From: Pedosphaera sp.
Lineage (GTDB): Bacteria > Verrucomicrobiota > Verrucomicrobiia > Limisphaerales > SIBH01
DNA length: 20,781 bases
Assembly: GCA_031414955.1 (NCBI GenBank)
Contig: JANOQV010000046.1
Coordinates: forward strand, 1-20,781
Direction: 5' to 3'
Below the pieces are notes generated by a model. It was not told where the DNA came from and ran no database searches. It saw only the letters and a program-made list of their open reading frames with translations. This document shows positions 1-7,776 of this stretch, piece after piece. The position numbers and the translations under genes were made by a program. Each line of letters begins with the position of its first letter. Positions within the stretch are counted from its first letter, which is position 1.

Positions 1-37
1 CGAGTTGACTCACGGCTAAATGTTACCGGAGGCGGGG
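1..37. repeat. IS terminal inverted repeat (downstream of transposase)
   Basis: Inverted match to 1282-1316; core GTTGACTCA-N9-GTTACC. Confidence 0.85.
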
Positions 38-42
38 GACCG

Positions 43-1221
43 TCAGGGCTTCGTTGACTCACGATCCAAGTTACCGAGCGCAGTGAAGAAGTGCTGCAGT
101 TTGGCCTCAAGGCTTTTCTTCAAGGCAAACGGATCCAGCCCGGCGTGTTGGACCCGCAGCCGCTCCTTGGTCGCCTCGGGGATCGCCGCGCTGCCCAGCA
201 GCCGTTGATAGGGCGTCTGTGGTTTCGGTTCGTAGCTCTTCACCGTCTTCCCGTCCTTCTTCTCCCGCTTCGCCAGTTTGAAGGTCGGTCGGAAGTGGTT
301 CTGATACTGGCTCCATTCCTGCCCGTAGAGGTCGTTGAGCCGCGGCACCAACTCGGGATGGCCGAAGCGTTCGTAGCCCAGGAGCTGCCGCACATGCGTC
401 CAGTTCTTCTGTTCGCAGTGTGCGTGGTCGTTCTTGCGGTAGGCCCGGCTGCGCGTCCACGGCACCCGCAACGGACGGCCCGTCAGATACTCGTGCAAAG
501 GCCAGTTCAGGAACTCGCTCCCGTTGTCACTGTGGAAGCTCGTCATCCGGAACGGCACGCTCGCCTCCAGTTCCTTCAACTGCGCGAGGATGGCGTAGCT
601 GCTCTTGTTCCACACCGCGCGGTTCTCGGTCCACCCGCTGAACAGCTCCGTGAAGGTGAGACTGTTCACATAGTTGCCGGCCGTGGTGTCGTCGCAGTGG
701 GCCACGGTGTCCACCGCCACGGGGCCAGGTTGGGACGTGTCGGCCGGGCCGCCGCGCGTCGGCACCTGGTGGCGCAGGAGCGTGCCGGGCCGGGTGGTGC
801 TCAGTCCCTTCTTGGCCTGGCCCACCCGGGCCGGACGCAAGATCCGGTCGATCTGCGCGGGGCTGATGGCCCGGAGCTTCTCCTTCACCTCGTCGGCCAG
901 GGGTGCGTGCTGGCGTTCGTAGTAGCCGAGCCATTCGGGCAGCGCCGCCTTGAGCAGCTTGCTGCACAGTTGATCGCTCGCCAGCCAGATCACCTTGAGC
1001 ACCGGCAGGAGCACGGCGGGATCGTAGGTGCGCTTGGGGCCGGGCCGCGCCCGGCTCCCCGGCACGGCCAGCGGACGATGCAGCAGGCGCAGGGCGCTCT
1101 TGCGATGGTAATCACAGGTCGCGCAAAACTCGTCGAGGAGGCGCGTCTTGTGCGGACGACCGGCGCGCTGGTAGCGGCCGTGAATGCGGGCCAGGGACTC
1201 CCGTTTGGCGGACAGGCTCAT
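43..1221 (-). CDS. Transposase, integrase-core (rve/DDE) type, ~392 aa
   Basis: N-terminal RYQRAGRPHKTRLLDEFC..YHRK helical region; catalytic-type motifs VDTVAHC, FTELFSGWTE, FHSDNGSEF, TRSRAYRKND.AHCEQKN, and TPYQRLL near the C-terminus. ATG at 1221 (MSLSAKRE) preferred over GTG at 1242, which lies inside the inner end repeat. Confidence 0.92.
   Translation of the reverse strand: MSLSAKRESLARIHGRYQRAGRPHKTRLLDEFCATCDYHRKSALRLLHRPLAVPGSRARPGPKRTYDPAVLLPVLKVIWLASDQLCSKLLKAALPEWLGYYERQHAPLADEVKEKLRAISPAQIDRILRPARVGQAKKGLSTTRPGTLLRHQVPTRGGPADTSQPGPVAVDTVAHCDDTTAGNYVNSLTFTELFSGWTENRAVWNKSSYAILAQLKELEASVPFRMTSFHSDNGSEFLNWPLHEYLTGRPLRVPWTRSRAYRKNDHAHCEQKNWTHVRQLLGYERFGHPELVPRLNDLYGQEWSQYQNHFRPTFKLAKREKKDGKTVKSYEPKPQTPYQRLLGSAAIPEATKERLRVQHAGLDPFALKKSLEAKLQHFFTALGNLDRESTKP
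52..77. repeat. IS inner subterminal repeat overlapping the transposase 3' end
   Basis: CGTTGACTCA-N8-GTTACCGA; both half-sites are an exact inverted match to 1232-1257. Confidence 0.75.
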
Positions 1222-1231
1222 GTTCGTTGCT

Positions 1232-1257
1232 TCGGTAACCACGAACTTGAGTCAACG
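1232..1257. repeat. IS inner subterminal repeat just upstream of the transposase start
   Basis: TCGGTAAC-N8-TGAGTCAACG. Confidence 0.75.
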
Positions 1258-1281
1258 TATCGGCGCACGCCTCGTCCACCA

Positions 1282-1316
1282 CCCCGCCCCGGTAACATTT
1301 ATCCTGAGTCAACTCG
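1282..1316. repeat. IS terminal inverted repeat (upstream of transposase)
   Basis: CCCCGCCCCGGTAACATTTATCCTGAGTCAACTCG; core GGTAAC-N8-TGAGTCAAC. Confidence 0.85.
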
Positions 1317-1390
1317 CGCGGTGTCAGAGGCTCAGGTTGCGCATTGTGTTCTCAGGAGGCGCTGATAGCTTCGGCGAAAGCATCACAAAC

Positions 1391-2575
1391 ATGCGCCGAC
1401 TCACTTACGTTGCCACCCTGCTCCTCGCCTTGGTGGTGGGACCGGGATGCCAGGTTCCACACCGTTCCGCCTTCATTTTCCAGCAAGACAAACTTACCGC
1501 GATGGAGGCCACCAATGCGATGGCCATCGCCGAGCGCCGCCTGCCGGGTGCGGTGTTGTGGGTAGAGCATGAGGGAGTGTCGTATCACAAAGCGTTCGCA
1601 CAGCGGGCGCTCGAACCGTGGCCGGAGCCGATGACGGAGGATACGATTTTCGACGCAGCATCGCTGACCAAAGTGCTCGCCACCGCGCCGTCGATCTTGT
1701 TGCTCATGGAGCGAGGCAGCCTTGATGTGGACGCGCCAGTGCAAAAATACGTGGAGGAGTTTCGCCGGGATGGAAAGGACGCGATCACCGTGCGGCAGTT
1801 GCTGACACACACCTCTGGGCTGCGTGCAGGGCTGCGCCGCCAGCCCGACGGACCGTCCACGGCCGTCCAAATCGCCTGCACTGAAGTGGTGACGAACGAG
1901 CCTGGAACATTTTTCCGGTATAGCGACATTAATTTCATTTTGCTCGGGGAGATTGTGCAACGCGTGAGCGGCAAATCGCTCCAGCAATTTTCGAGCGACG
2001 AAATCTTCCGCCCGCTCCAGATGCGTGACACGCGCTACTTGCCTTTGGGGATAGACCGGCCGCGCATTGCGCCGACGCAATACGACGGCACGAATTTGCT
2101 CCGCGGAGTGGTTCATGATCCGACGGCGCGGCACATGGGCGGGGTGGCGGGCCACGCCGGGCTGTTTACCACGGCGGCGGATCTGGCGCGTTTCGCCCGC
2201 ATGCTTTTGAACAAGGGGGCATTGGATGGCGTGCGCATCATGCGGCCTGAAACAGTGACGGCAATGACCTCCATCCAGTCGCCCGCCGTGGTGCCGACGC
2301 GGCGTGGGTTCGGATGGGACATTGACTCAGATTACAGCCGTCGCGGATCAATCTTTGCACTGGGTTCGTACGGGCACACGGGCTTCACCGGGACTTCGAT
2401 CTGGATCGATCCTTTCTCCAACACCTTTCTAATCCTGCTCACCAACCGCGTCCATCCAGATGGCAAAGGGGACATTCGCGCACTCCAGCGCGCTCTCGCC
2501 ACGCTGGCGGCGGAGGCAGCGGGCTTGTCACCTACTTCGAACGCAAGCATCAACATCCTCCCACGCCAACCTTGA
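1391..2575 (+). CDS. Secreted serine hydrolase, beta-lactamase/class C (AmpC/EstB/AmiE-like) family, possible lipoprotein, 394 aa
   Basis: SxxK (ASLTK), LLTHTSG, FRYSD (YxN-equivalent), GVVHDP, AGHAGLF, GHTGFTG, LTNRVHP. Signal peptide MRRLTYVATLLLALVVGPG-C from ATG 1391; the ORF-track start at 1184 lies inside the IS. Confidence 0.9.
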   Translation: MRRLTYVATLLLALVVGPGCQVPHRSAFIFQQDKLTAMEATNAMAIAERRLPGAVLWVEHEGVSYHKAFAQRALEPWPEPMTEDTIFDAASLTKVLATAPSILLLMERGSLDVDAPVQKYVEEFRRDGKDAITVRQLLTHTSGLRAGLRRQPDGPSTAVQIACTEVVTNEPGTFFRYSDINFILLGEIVQRVSGKSLQQFSSDEIFRPLQMRDTRYLPLGIDRPRIAPTQYDGTNLLRGVVHDPTARHMGGVAGHAGLFTTAADLARFARMLLNKGALDGVRIMRPETVTAMTSIQSPAVVPTRRGFGWDIDSDYSRRGSIFALGSYGHTGFTGTSIWIDPFSNTFLILLTNRVHPDGKGDIRALQRALATLAAEAAGLSPTSNASINILPRQP

Positions 2576-2691
2576 GGCAGGTCGTGCCTGCACTTGGAGG
2601 GTGTCATGAAAAATCCGGGAGTGCCTCGCGACGAGACAGCTCCTGTCTCTTAAACGCACAATTTTCCCGCCAAACACCATAAAATCCACTC

Positions 2692-2707
2692 TGGCACTCG
2701 CATTGCT
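2692..2707 (+). promoter_or_regulatory. Sigma-54 (RpoN) -24/-12 promoter of the pilin-like gene
   Basis: TGGCAC-TCGCA-TTGCT is an exact TGGCAC-N5-TTGCW consensus ~100 bp upstream of ATG 2807, on the same strand, in an AT-richer intergenic region. Confidence 0.8.
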
Positions 2708-2806
2708 AACTTTTATGGAGCGGTCGGTGACTGAACAGCACAGTGCTGTAGGGCATTTTGTAATAGCCTGTGTCGGATTCACGCCGCGACGATAAAAGGC
2801 AAAATT

Positions 2807-3151
2807 ATGCAGACCAAAAGTTTCCGGCGGAGTGGGTTCACTCTCGTGGAAATAATGATAGTGGTGGCCATCATCGGCCTGCTGGCGGCCATCGCGATAC
2901 CCAACTTCGTCAAAGCCCGTTCCTACAGCCAGAAGAACGGGTGCGTCGAGAATATGCGCCAAATCTCCTCGGCCAAGACCACTTGGGCCTTGGAAACGCG
3001 CCGCAATCTGGGGGACACGCCGGACGACACCGACCTCTTTGGTTCCATCAACTACATCCGTAATAAACCCGAGTGCCCTGGTAGTGGCACTTATGATTTG
3101 CAACCGGTGGATACGACACCGACTTGTACGATTGCCGGGCATACGCTGTAA
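2807..3151 (+). CDS. Type IV pilin / pseudopilin-like protein with prepilin cleavage-methylation site, 114 aa
   Basis: Short basic leader MQTKSFRRSG|FTLVEIMIVVAIIGLLAAIAIPNF (G-1, F+1, E+5, hydrophobic helix, P22); Cys-containing head (CPGSGTY...PTC); AAAGG upstream. Confidence 0.92.
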   Translation: MQTKSFRRSGFTLVEIMIVVAIIGLLAAIAIPNFVKARSYSQKNGCVENMRQISSAKTTWALETRRNLGDTPDDTDLFGSINYIRNKPECPGSGTYDLQPVDTTPTCTIAGHTL

Positions 3152-3170
3152 CGGTGATAGTGCCCACGAT

Positions 3171-3200
3171 AGGCTCGGATGCAAGTCCGGGCCTTTCGTC
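3171..3200 (+). terminator. Probable intrinsic terminator after the pilin gene
   Basis: Stem AGGCTCGGA / TCCGGGCCT (one G-U pair), loop TGCAAG, followed by a weak T tail (TTCGTCT). Confidence 0.55.
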
Positions 3201-3301
3201 TGTCTGGTTGGAACGGGCGAACCGCTGCGTTGCGCGCTTGCCGGTGGCTTTCCAGCCTTTCCTCTTGCCGCTCATTTCCTCGTTCCAGCATTCTCGACCC
3301 G

Positions 3302-4360
3302 ATGGCCGAACGAGTGATCTCCGATGTTCTCACCAAGCCCGACGCCGCGCTTGAAACGACGCTGCGACCTTCGCTTTTCGCTGACTTCACCGGTCAGCCC
3401 AAGGTCAAGGAGCGTATCGAGATCGCGGTCGAGGCCGCGCGCCGTCGCCATGAGGCGCTCGATCACGTCCTGCTCAGTGGGCCTCCCGGACTAGGCAAGA
3501 CCACGCTGGCAAACATCATCGCCAAGTGTATGGGCGCAAGTCTCAAGTCCACCAGTGGCCCTACAATCGAAAAGGCCGGCGACCTGGCCGGTCTGCTGAC
3601 CAACCTCGAGGAAGGGGACGTGCTTTTCATCGACGAAATCCATCGTTTGCAAAAAACCATTGAGGAATACCTGTATCCGGCGATGGAAGACTTCAAGCTC
3701 GACATCATTATCGATCAGGGACCAAACGCGCGCAGTGTGCGGTTGAACCTGCCACGCTTTACTTTAATCGGCGCCACGACCCGCAGCGGATTGCTCACCG
3801 CCCCGTTGCTGACCCGTTTTCCCGTGCGCGAGCGGCTGGACTACTACGGGGCTGAAGAGTTGCACAAGATTGTGGTGCGTTCCGCGCGCTTGCTCGATAT
3901 CGCCATCGATGAACACGGGGCGGCGCAAATTGCCCGGCGCAGCCGGGGGACGCCGCGCATCACGAACAACCTGTTGCGCCGCGTGCGTGATTACGCCCAG
4001 GTACGCGGCGATGGACGCATTACTTCTGAGATCGCCGACCGCGCGCTCGCCATGCTGGAGATCGATGAGAACGGCCTTGATGACATGGACAAGCGCATCA
4101 TCGACGCCGTGATCAACAAGTTTGATGGAGGGCCGGTGGGTGTCAGTTCTCTGGCCGTCGCCGTAGGTGAGGAACCGGACACCATCGAGGAAGTCTATGA
4201 GCCTTATCTAATCATGGAAGGCTACCTCAAGCGCACGCCCCAGGGACGCGTGGCGACTGAACTGAGCTACAAGAAGATGGGGCTTACTGTCCCCGCGAAG
4301 TTTTCTGGAGGCAGGGATCCCTCAGAAGGCCCGTTCCAATTGCCACTCCGGACGGATTAA
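3302..4360 (+). CDS. ruvB: Holliday junction branch migration helicase RuvB
   Basis: LRP..F.DFTGQ, Walker [14 protein letters not shown], Walker B FIDEIHR, YPAMED, GATTRSG, SRGTPR, LLRRVRD, GGPVG, EPYL, RTPQGR; start MAERVIS at 3302. Confidence 0.97.
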   Translation: MAERVISDVLTKPDAALETTLRPSLFADFTGQPKVKERIEIAVEAARRRHEALDHVLLSGPPGLGKTTLANIIAKCMGASLKSTSGPTIEKAGDLAGLLTNLEEGDVLFIDEIHRLQKTIEEYLYPAMEDFKLDIIIDQGPNARSVRLNLPRFTLIGATTRSGLLTAPLLTRFPVRERLDYYGAEELHKIVVRSARLLDIAIDEHGAAQIARRSRGTPRITNNLLRRVRDYAQVRGDGRITSEIADRALAMLEIDENGLDDMDKRIIDAVINKFDGGPVGVSSLAVAVGEEPDTIEEVYEPYLIMEGYLKRTPQGRVATELSYKKMGLTVPAKFSGGRDPSEGPFQLPLRTD

Positions 4361-4670
4361 GGAAGCGCGGATTAAAGCCTGTTTTTCAATTTCAGATTCC
4401 TGCTGGCTGGGAATGCGCTCGCGGCGATGAGCGTGGCGTCCTCCAGTGGGCCTGCGCGCAGCCGCAGGCTGGCTCGAGACTACGAACGCCCGTCGACACC
4501 TTGGCCGCCTTCACTGGCTGGCCCTTGCCTCCCTCCTCCTCCATGCCTGCTTTGCTCAGCGTGCGTGACCGGCTCTAGCTTCAAGAACCGTGTCAAGATG
4601 CGTTCCCGTGCGGCAGCCTCAAAACTTTTTACTCCGCGCGCCGGGAAGCGGTGTTTAAGCTCGGTGGCTT

Positions 4671-5276
4671 GTGAAACAATCAATTGTCACTTTGGATTTG
4701 GAAGGCGTGCTGGTGCCGGAGATTTGGATCGCGTTCGCCGAGAAGACCGGCCTCGCGAAGTTGCGCCTGACCACGCGCGACATTCCCGACTACGACGTGC
4801 TGATGCGGGGGCGGCTCCAGATACTCGACGAACACAATCTCAAGCTGGCCGACATTCAGGAGGTGATCGGCACCCTGCGCCCGCTGGAGGGCGCGAAGGA
4901 ATTCCTCGACGAGCTGCGCGCGCTCACCCAGGTGATCATTCTCTCAGATACTTTCGAGGAGTTCGCCCAGCCGCTGATGCAGCAACTGGGCTGGCCGACA
5001 ATTCTGTGCCACCGGCTAGAGGTCGATGCGGCCGGGCGCATCGTGAATTACAAGCTGCGCACGCCGGAGCAGAAGCAGAAGTCGGTGGCTGCGCTCAAGC
5101 TGCTCAACTACAACGTGGTGGCGGCGGGCGATTCCTTCAACGACACGACCATGCTGGCCGAGGCGCATACTGGCATTCTCTTCCACGCGCCGGAGAACAT
5201 TAAGCAGCAGTTCCCGCAGTTTCCGGCGGTGGATCGTTATGAGGATTTGATGGCGCGGATTAAGGCGGCGCTGTAG
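4671..5276 (+). CDS. thrH: Bifunctional phosphoserine phosphatase / homoserine phosphotransferase (HAD family)
   Basis: LDLEGVLVPEIWIAFAEKTG, TTRDIPDYDVLM, IILSDTF, AAGDSFNDTTML, GILFHAP are the ThrH signature; GTG start. Confidence 0.93.
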   Translation: MKQSIVTLDLEGVLVPEIWIAFAEKTGLAKLRLTTRDIPDYDVLMRGRLQILDEHNLKLADIQEVIGTLRPLEGAKEFLDELRALTQVIILSDTFEEFAQPLMQQLGWPTILCHRLEVDAAGRIVNYKLRTPEQKQKSVAALKLLNYNVVAAGDSFNDTTMLAEAHTGILFHAPENIKQQFPQFPAVDRYEDLMARIKAAL

Positions 5277-5294
5277 GCAGAAGCGCCCGCGTGC

Positions 5295-6272
5295 TTAATC
5301 CTCCGCCTTGGCATCGCGACTGAGCAAATCGCCCAGCGCCCGGCGGACATCCTTGCCTTCATAGAGCATGGCGTGGACTTCGTCGATGATGGGGGTCTCG
5401 ACCTTTAGCTTGTGGGCGAGGCGGTGAGCGGAGCGGGCGGTGGGCACGCCTTCGGCGAGCCGGGTGCCGCCTTGCAATAAGGTTTCGATCTTCTCGCCGC
5501 GCCCGGCCCGTTCGCCGAACTCGCGGTTGCGGCTTTGTCTGGAGAAACAGGTCGCCACGAGGTCGCCCAAGCCGCTCAGTCCGGCGAAGGTTTCCGCCTC
5601 CGCACCGCAGGCCACGCCGAGCCGGCGCACCTCGGCCACGCCGCGGGTAATGAGTGCGGCCTTGGAGTTCTCGCCGAAGCCCAGCCCATCGCAGACGCCC
5701 GCCGCCAGGGCGATGATGTTCTTGAGTGCGCCACCCAGTTCCACGCCGAGCCGGTCGTGGCTGCGATAAACGCGGAAGCGCGGCTGATGAAAAAGTTCCT
5801 GGACGGCCTGGCGGGTCGCCTGGTCCGGGCTGGCGGCGACGATGGCTCCCGGCATCCCGCGCGCGACTTCCAGGGCGAAGGTGGGGCCGGACAAGGCCGC
5901 GACCCGGGCCTCCGGCGCACACTCGCTGAGCACGCCGCACATCGTCTTGCCGGTGTCGTATTCGATGCCCTTGGTGACGCTGATCAGAATGGCTTGGGAA
6001 TCCTGGAGCCGCGCGGCGATCTCGCGAAAGGCCTTCGATGGCACGGCGACGACGATGGCACCGCGACTGGCGATGGCGCGGGCGAGATCCGGCTCGCAGA
6101 GCCAGTCGGAGGGGAGATTCACACCGGGGAGGTAACGCTCGTTGCGACCGAGGCCCAACTCGCGCAAAGCGTCAGCGTCACGACCCCAGATCGTGACTTG
6201 ATGGCCGTTGCCGTGGAGAACCTGGGCGAGAGCGGTGCCCCAGGAACCAGCTCCGAGCACGGCGATGTTCAC
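5295..6272 (-). CDS. gpsA: NAD(P)H-dependent glycerol-3-phosphate dehydrogenase
   Basis: IAVLGAGSWGTALA, VTKGIE, LSGPTFA, GVELGGALKN, GLSGLGDL..TC...SRN, AEG; GTG start at 6272 overlaps the plsY stop (GTGA). Confidence 0.96.
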   Translation of the reverse strand: MNIAVLGAGSWGTALAQVLHGNGHQVTIWGRDADALRELGLGRNERYLPGVNLPSDWLCEPDLARAIASRGAIVVAVPSKAFREIAARLQDSQAILISVTKGIEYDTGKTMCGVLSECAPEARVAALSGPTFALEVARGMPGAIVAASPDQATRQAVQELFHQPRFRVYRSHDRLGVELGGALKNIIALAAGVCDGLGFGENSKAALITRGVAEVRRLGVACGAEAETFAGLSGLGDLVATCFSRQSRNREFGERAGRGEKIETLLQGGTRLAEGVPTARSAHRLAHKLKVETPIIDEVHAMLYEGKDVRRALGDLLSRDAKAED

Positions 6273-6916
6273 GGCTGGGCCTCCTTTTTTTTCCCGAGGC
6301 GGTTCTCCGTGCCGGCGAGCAGGCGCTGGAGGTTGGTGCGGTGTTTGTAAACCGCGAGCACGCCGATGACGGCAGCCACGACAATCATGCGCGGGCTGGA
6401 ATGCACCCACCACGCGCCGAACGGCAAAATCAACGCCGCCAAGATCGAGGCCACCGACACGTATCGCACGAGGGCCAGGACGAGCAGCCAGGTGCCGAGC
6501 GAAATGGCGAGGGCCAGCGGCATCAGCCCCAGCATCACGCCGGCCGAGGTGGCGATGCCTTTGCCGCCCTTGAACTTCAACCAGCAGGTGTAGTTGTGGC
6601 CGAGGATGGCGAGGAAGCCGCCCGTGATTTTCAGGAATTCCGGCGTGGCGGGATCATTCTCCAGCGCGCCGGCGAGCAGCCCATACGCCAGCGGCCCGAC
6701 GAAGAAGCAGGCCACGAAGCCTTTCAGCGCATCGACTGTGAGGACGAAAATGCCGGCGGGTTTGCCGAGGACGCGGAAGGCATTGGTGGCCCCGATGTTG
6801 CCGCTGCCCACGGTGCGGATGTCGATGCCGCGGCTTTTTGCGACGAGATAGCCCGTCGGAATGGAGCCGAGCAGGTAAGCGACGCACGCCGTGACGATGT
6901 AACTGGCCAATTCCAC
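6269..6916 (-). CDS. plsY: Glycerol-3-phosphate acyltransferase PlsY
   Basis: YLLGSIP.G, DIRTVGSGNIGATN..R, DALKG, GHNY...FKGGKGIAT, YVS..S, H..N..RL..G.E; GTG start inferred at 6916. Confidence 0.95.
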   Translation of the reverse strand: MELASYIVTACVAYLLGSIPTGYLVAKSRGIDIRTVGSGNIGATNAFRVLGKPAGIFVLTVDALKGFVACFFVGPLAYGLLAGALENDPATPEFLKITGGFLAILGHNYTCWLKFKGGKGIATSAGVMLGLMPLALAISLGTWLLVLALVRYVSVASILAALILPFGAWWVHSSPRMIVVAAVIGVLAVYKHRTNLQRLLAGTENRLGKKKEAQP

Positions 6917-7053
6917 GGCGCGGACAATTACAGCGGGGTGGGGAAAGTTCAAAGGGCAAAAGTGGAAACCCCGCGCCCGGGCCAGCACTTGATCCTCGGG
7001 TGGCCGACTGGCGCCGTGGGTGAGAAGGTTCGCGCTGCGACCCGGGGCCGCGC

Positions 7054-7776
7054 TTACGGATGAAAGCGCCGGGGGCGGCCCCGCTGACGCCGCTTCCACA
7101 GCCGCACTCCGCCCACGGTGGCGCACAGGCTGCCAAAGATTCCCAGCGCCACATGCACCGGCTCAGGAACGGCGGTGATGTCCAGTTGCCAGCTCACGAT
7201 ATGGCTCTCCGTCAGGTCGCCACCCGACATGTCGGCCACGAACAGCGTCCAGGTTCCATTGGCGTCCAGCCCGTTGAAGGCGCTGAGGTAAGCACTACGC
7301 GTGTCGGTGTCCAGGGTGGTCGCAGGATCCACGTTCCGACCGTCCGCCTGATAGGTCTGCGGATTCACATTGTAAACGTAATCGTGGACGTCCGTGCCTG
7401 CCGAATCATCCAGGATGACGTTGAAGCCCGAACCGCTGTTCCCGAACGGATCGCTGACGGTGCGCCCGGAGCGATTGAGCAGCACGGCGAAGCCGCTGGA
7501 GTGGACCAGGTAAATGTAAAGGTCGCCGTTGTAGCCGCCCGTGATGTTCAGCCGCACGTTCACGTCGGTGATGATGTTCTCGGTCTGGCCGCTGATGGTC
7601 CGGGTGTCCGACCAGCCCGCAGGGTTGCCGTCCGGCACATCCTGGCCGTTGGCGAAGCCGCTGTTGAAATTATACTGGTAGAGCGCGGCGTCCGCGTTCA
7701 GCGCGCCGGCACAGCATGCCAGCAGGAACATTAGGCTGAAGTATTTCATCTTCATATTGGCAGTCGGAAGTCTCAT
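7054..7776 (-). CDS. PEP-CTERM sorting-domain protein with a proprotein-convertase P-domain-like fold, ~240 aa
   Basis: Signal peptide (MKMKYFSLMFLLACCAGALNADA); ITDVNVRLNITGGYNGDLYIYLVH ... LSAFNGLDANGTWTLFVAD....D.....SWQLDI; C-terminal VPEP + TM helix + basic tail (WKRRQRGRPRR). ATG 7776 overlaps the upstream TGA (TGATG); slightly later ATGs are possible. Confidence 0.88.
   Translation of the reverse strand: MRLPTANMKMKYFSLMFLLACCAGALNADAALYQYNFNSGFANGQDVPDGNPAGWSDTRTISGQTENIITDVNVRLNITGGYNGDLYIYLVHSSGFAVLLNRSGRTVSDPFGNSGSGFNVILDDSAGTDVHDYVYNVNPQTYQADGRNVDPATTLDTDTRSAYLSAFNGLDANGTWTLFVADMSGGDLTESHIVSWQLDITAVPEPVHVALGIFGSLCATVGGVRLWKRRQRGRPRRFHP

Larger units (their letters stand above)
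1..1316. mobile_element. Insertion sequence carrying a single DDE transposase, bounded by ~35-37 bp imperfect inverted repeats (true left end may lie just outside the window)
   Basis: Left 1-37 CGAGTTGACTCACGGCTAAATGTTACCGGAGGCGGGG vs reverse complement of 1282-1316 CGAGTTGACTCAGGATAAATGTTACCGGGGCGGGG (1 mismatch, 2 gaps); they flank the transposase ORF. A target duplication cannot be assessed at the window edge. Confidence 0.85.

Noticed and set aside
91..1365. 424-aa plus-strand ORF over the transposase
   Set aside because: Antisense shadow of a high-GC gene; no recognisable motifs.
1391..2575. Beta-lactam resistance gene mobilised by the IS
   Set aside because: Motifs fit the broad esterase/amidase branch (HTG, YSD) and there is no second IS forming a composite transposon in the window.
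2771..2791. Hairpin or regulatory RNA in the pilin leader (GTCGGATTCACGCCGCGAC)
   Set aside because: Only 3-4 bp stems; unsupported without homologue alignment.
4427..4670. Small CDS or ncRNA between ruvB and thrH
   Set aside because: Candidate ORFs overlap thrH out of frame and lack protein-like composition; no tRNA or known ncRNA signature was recognised.
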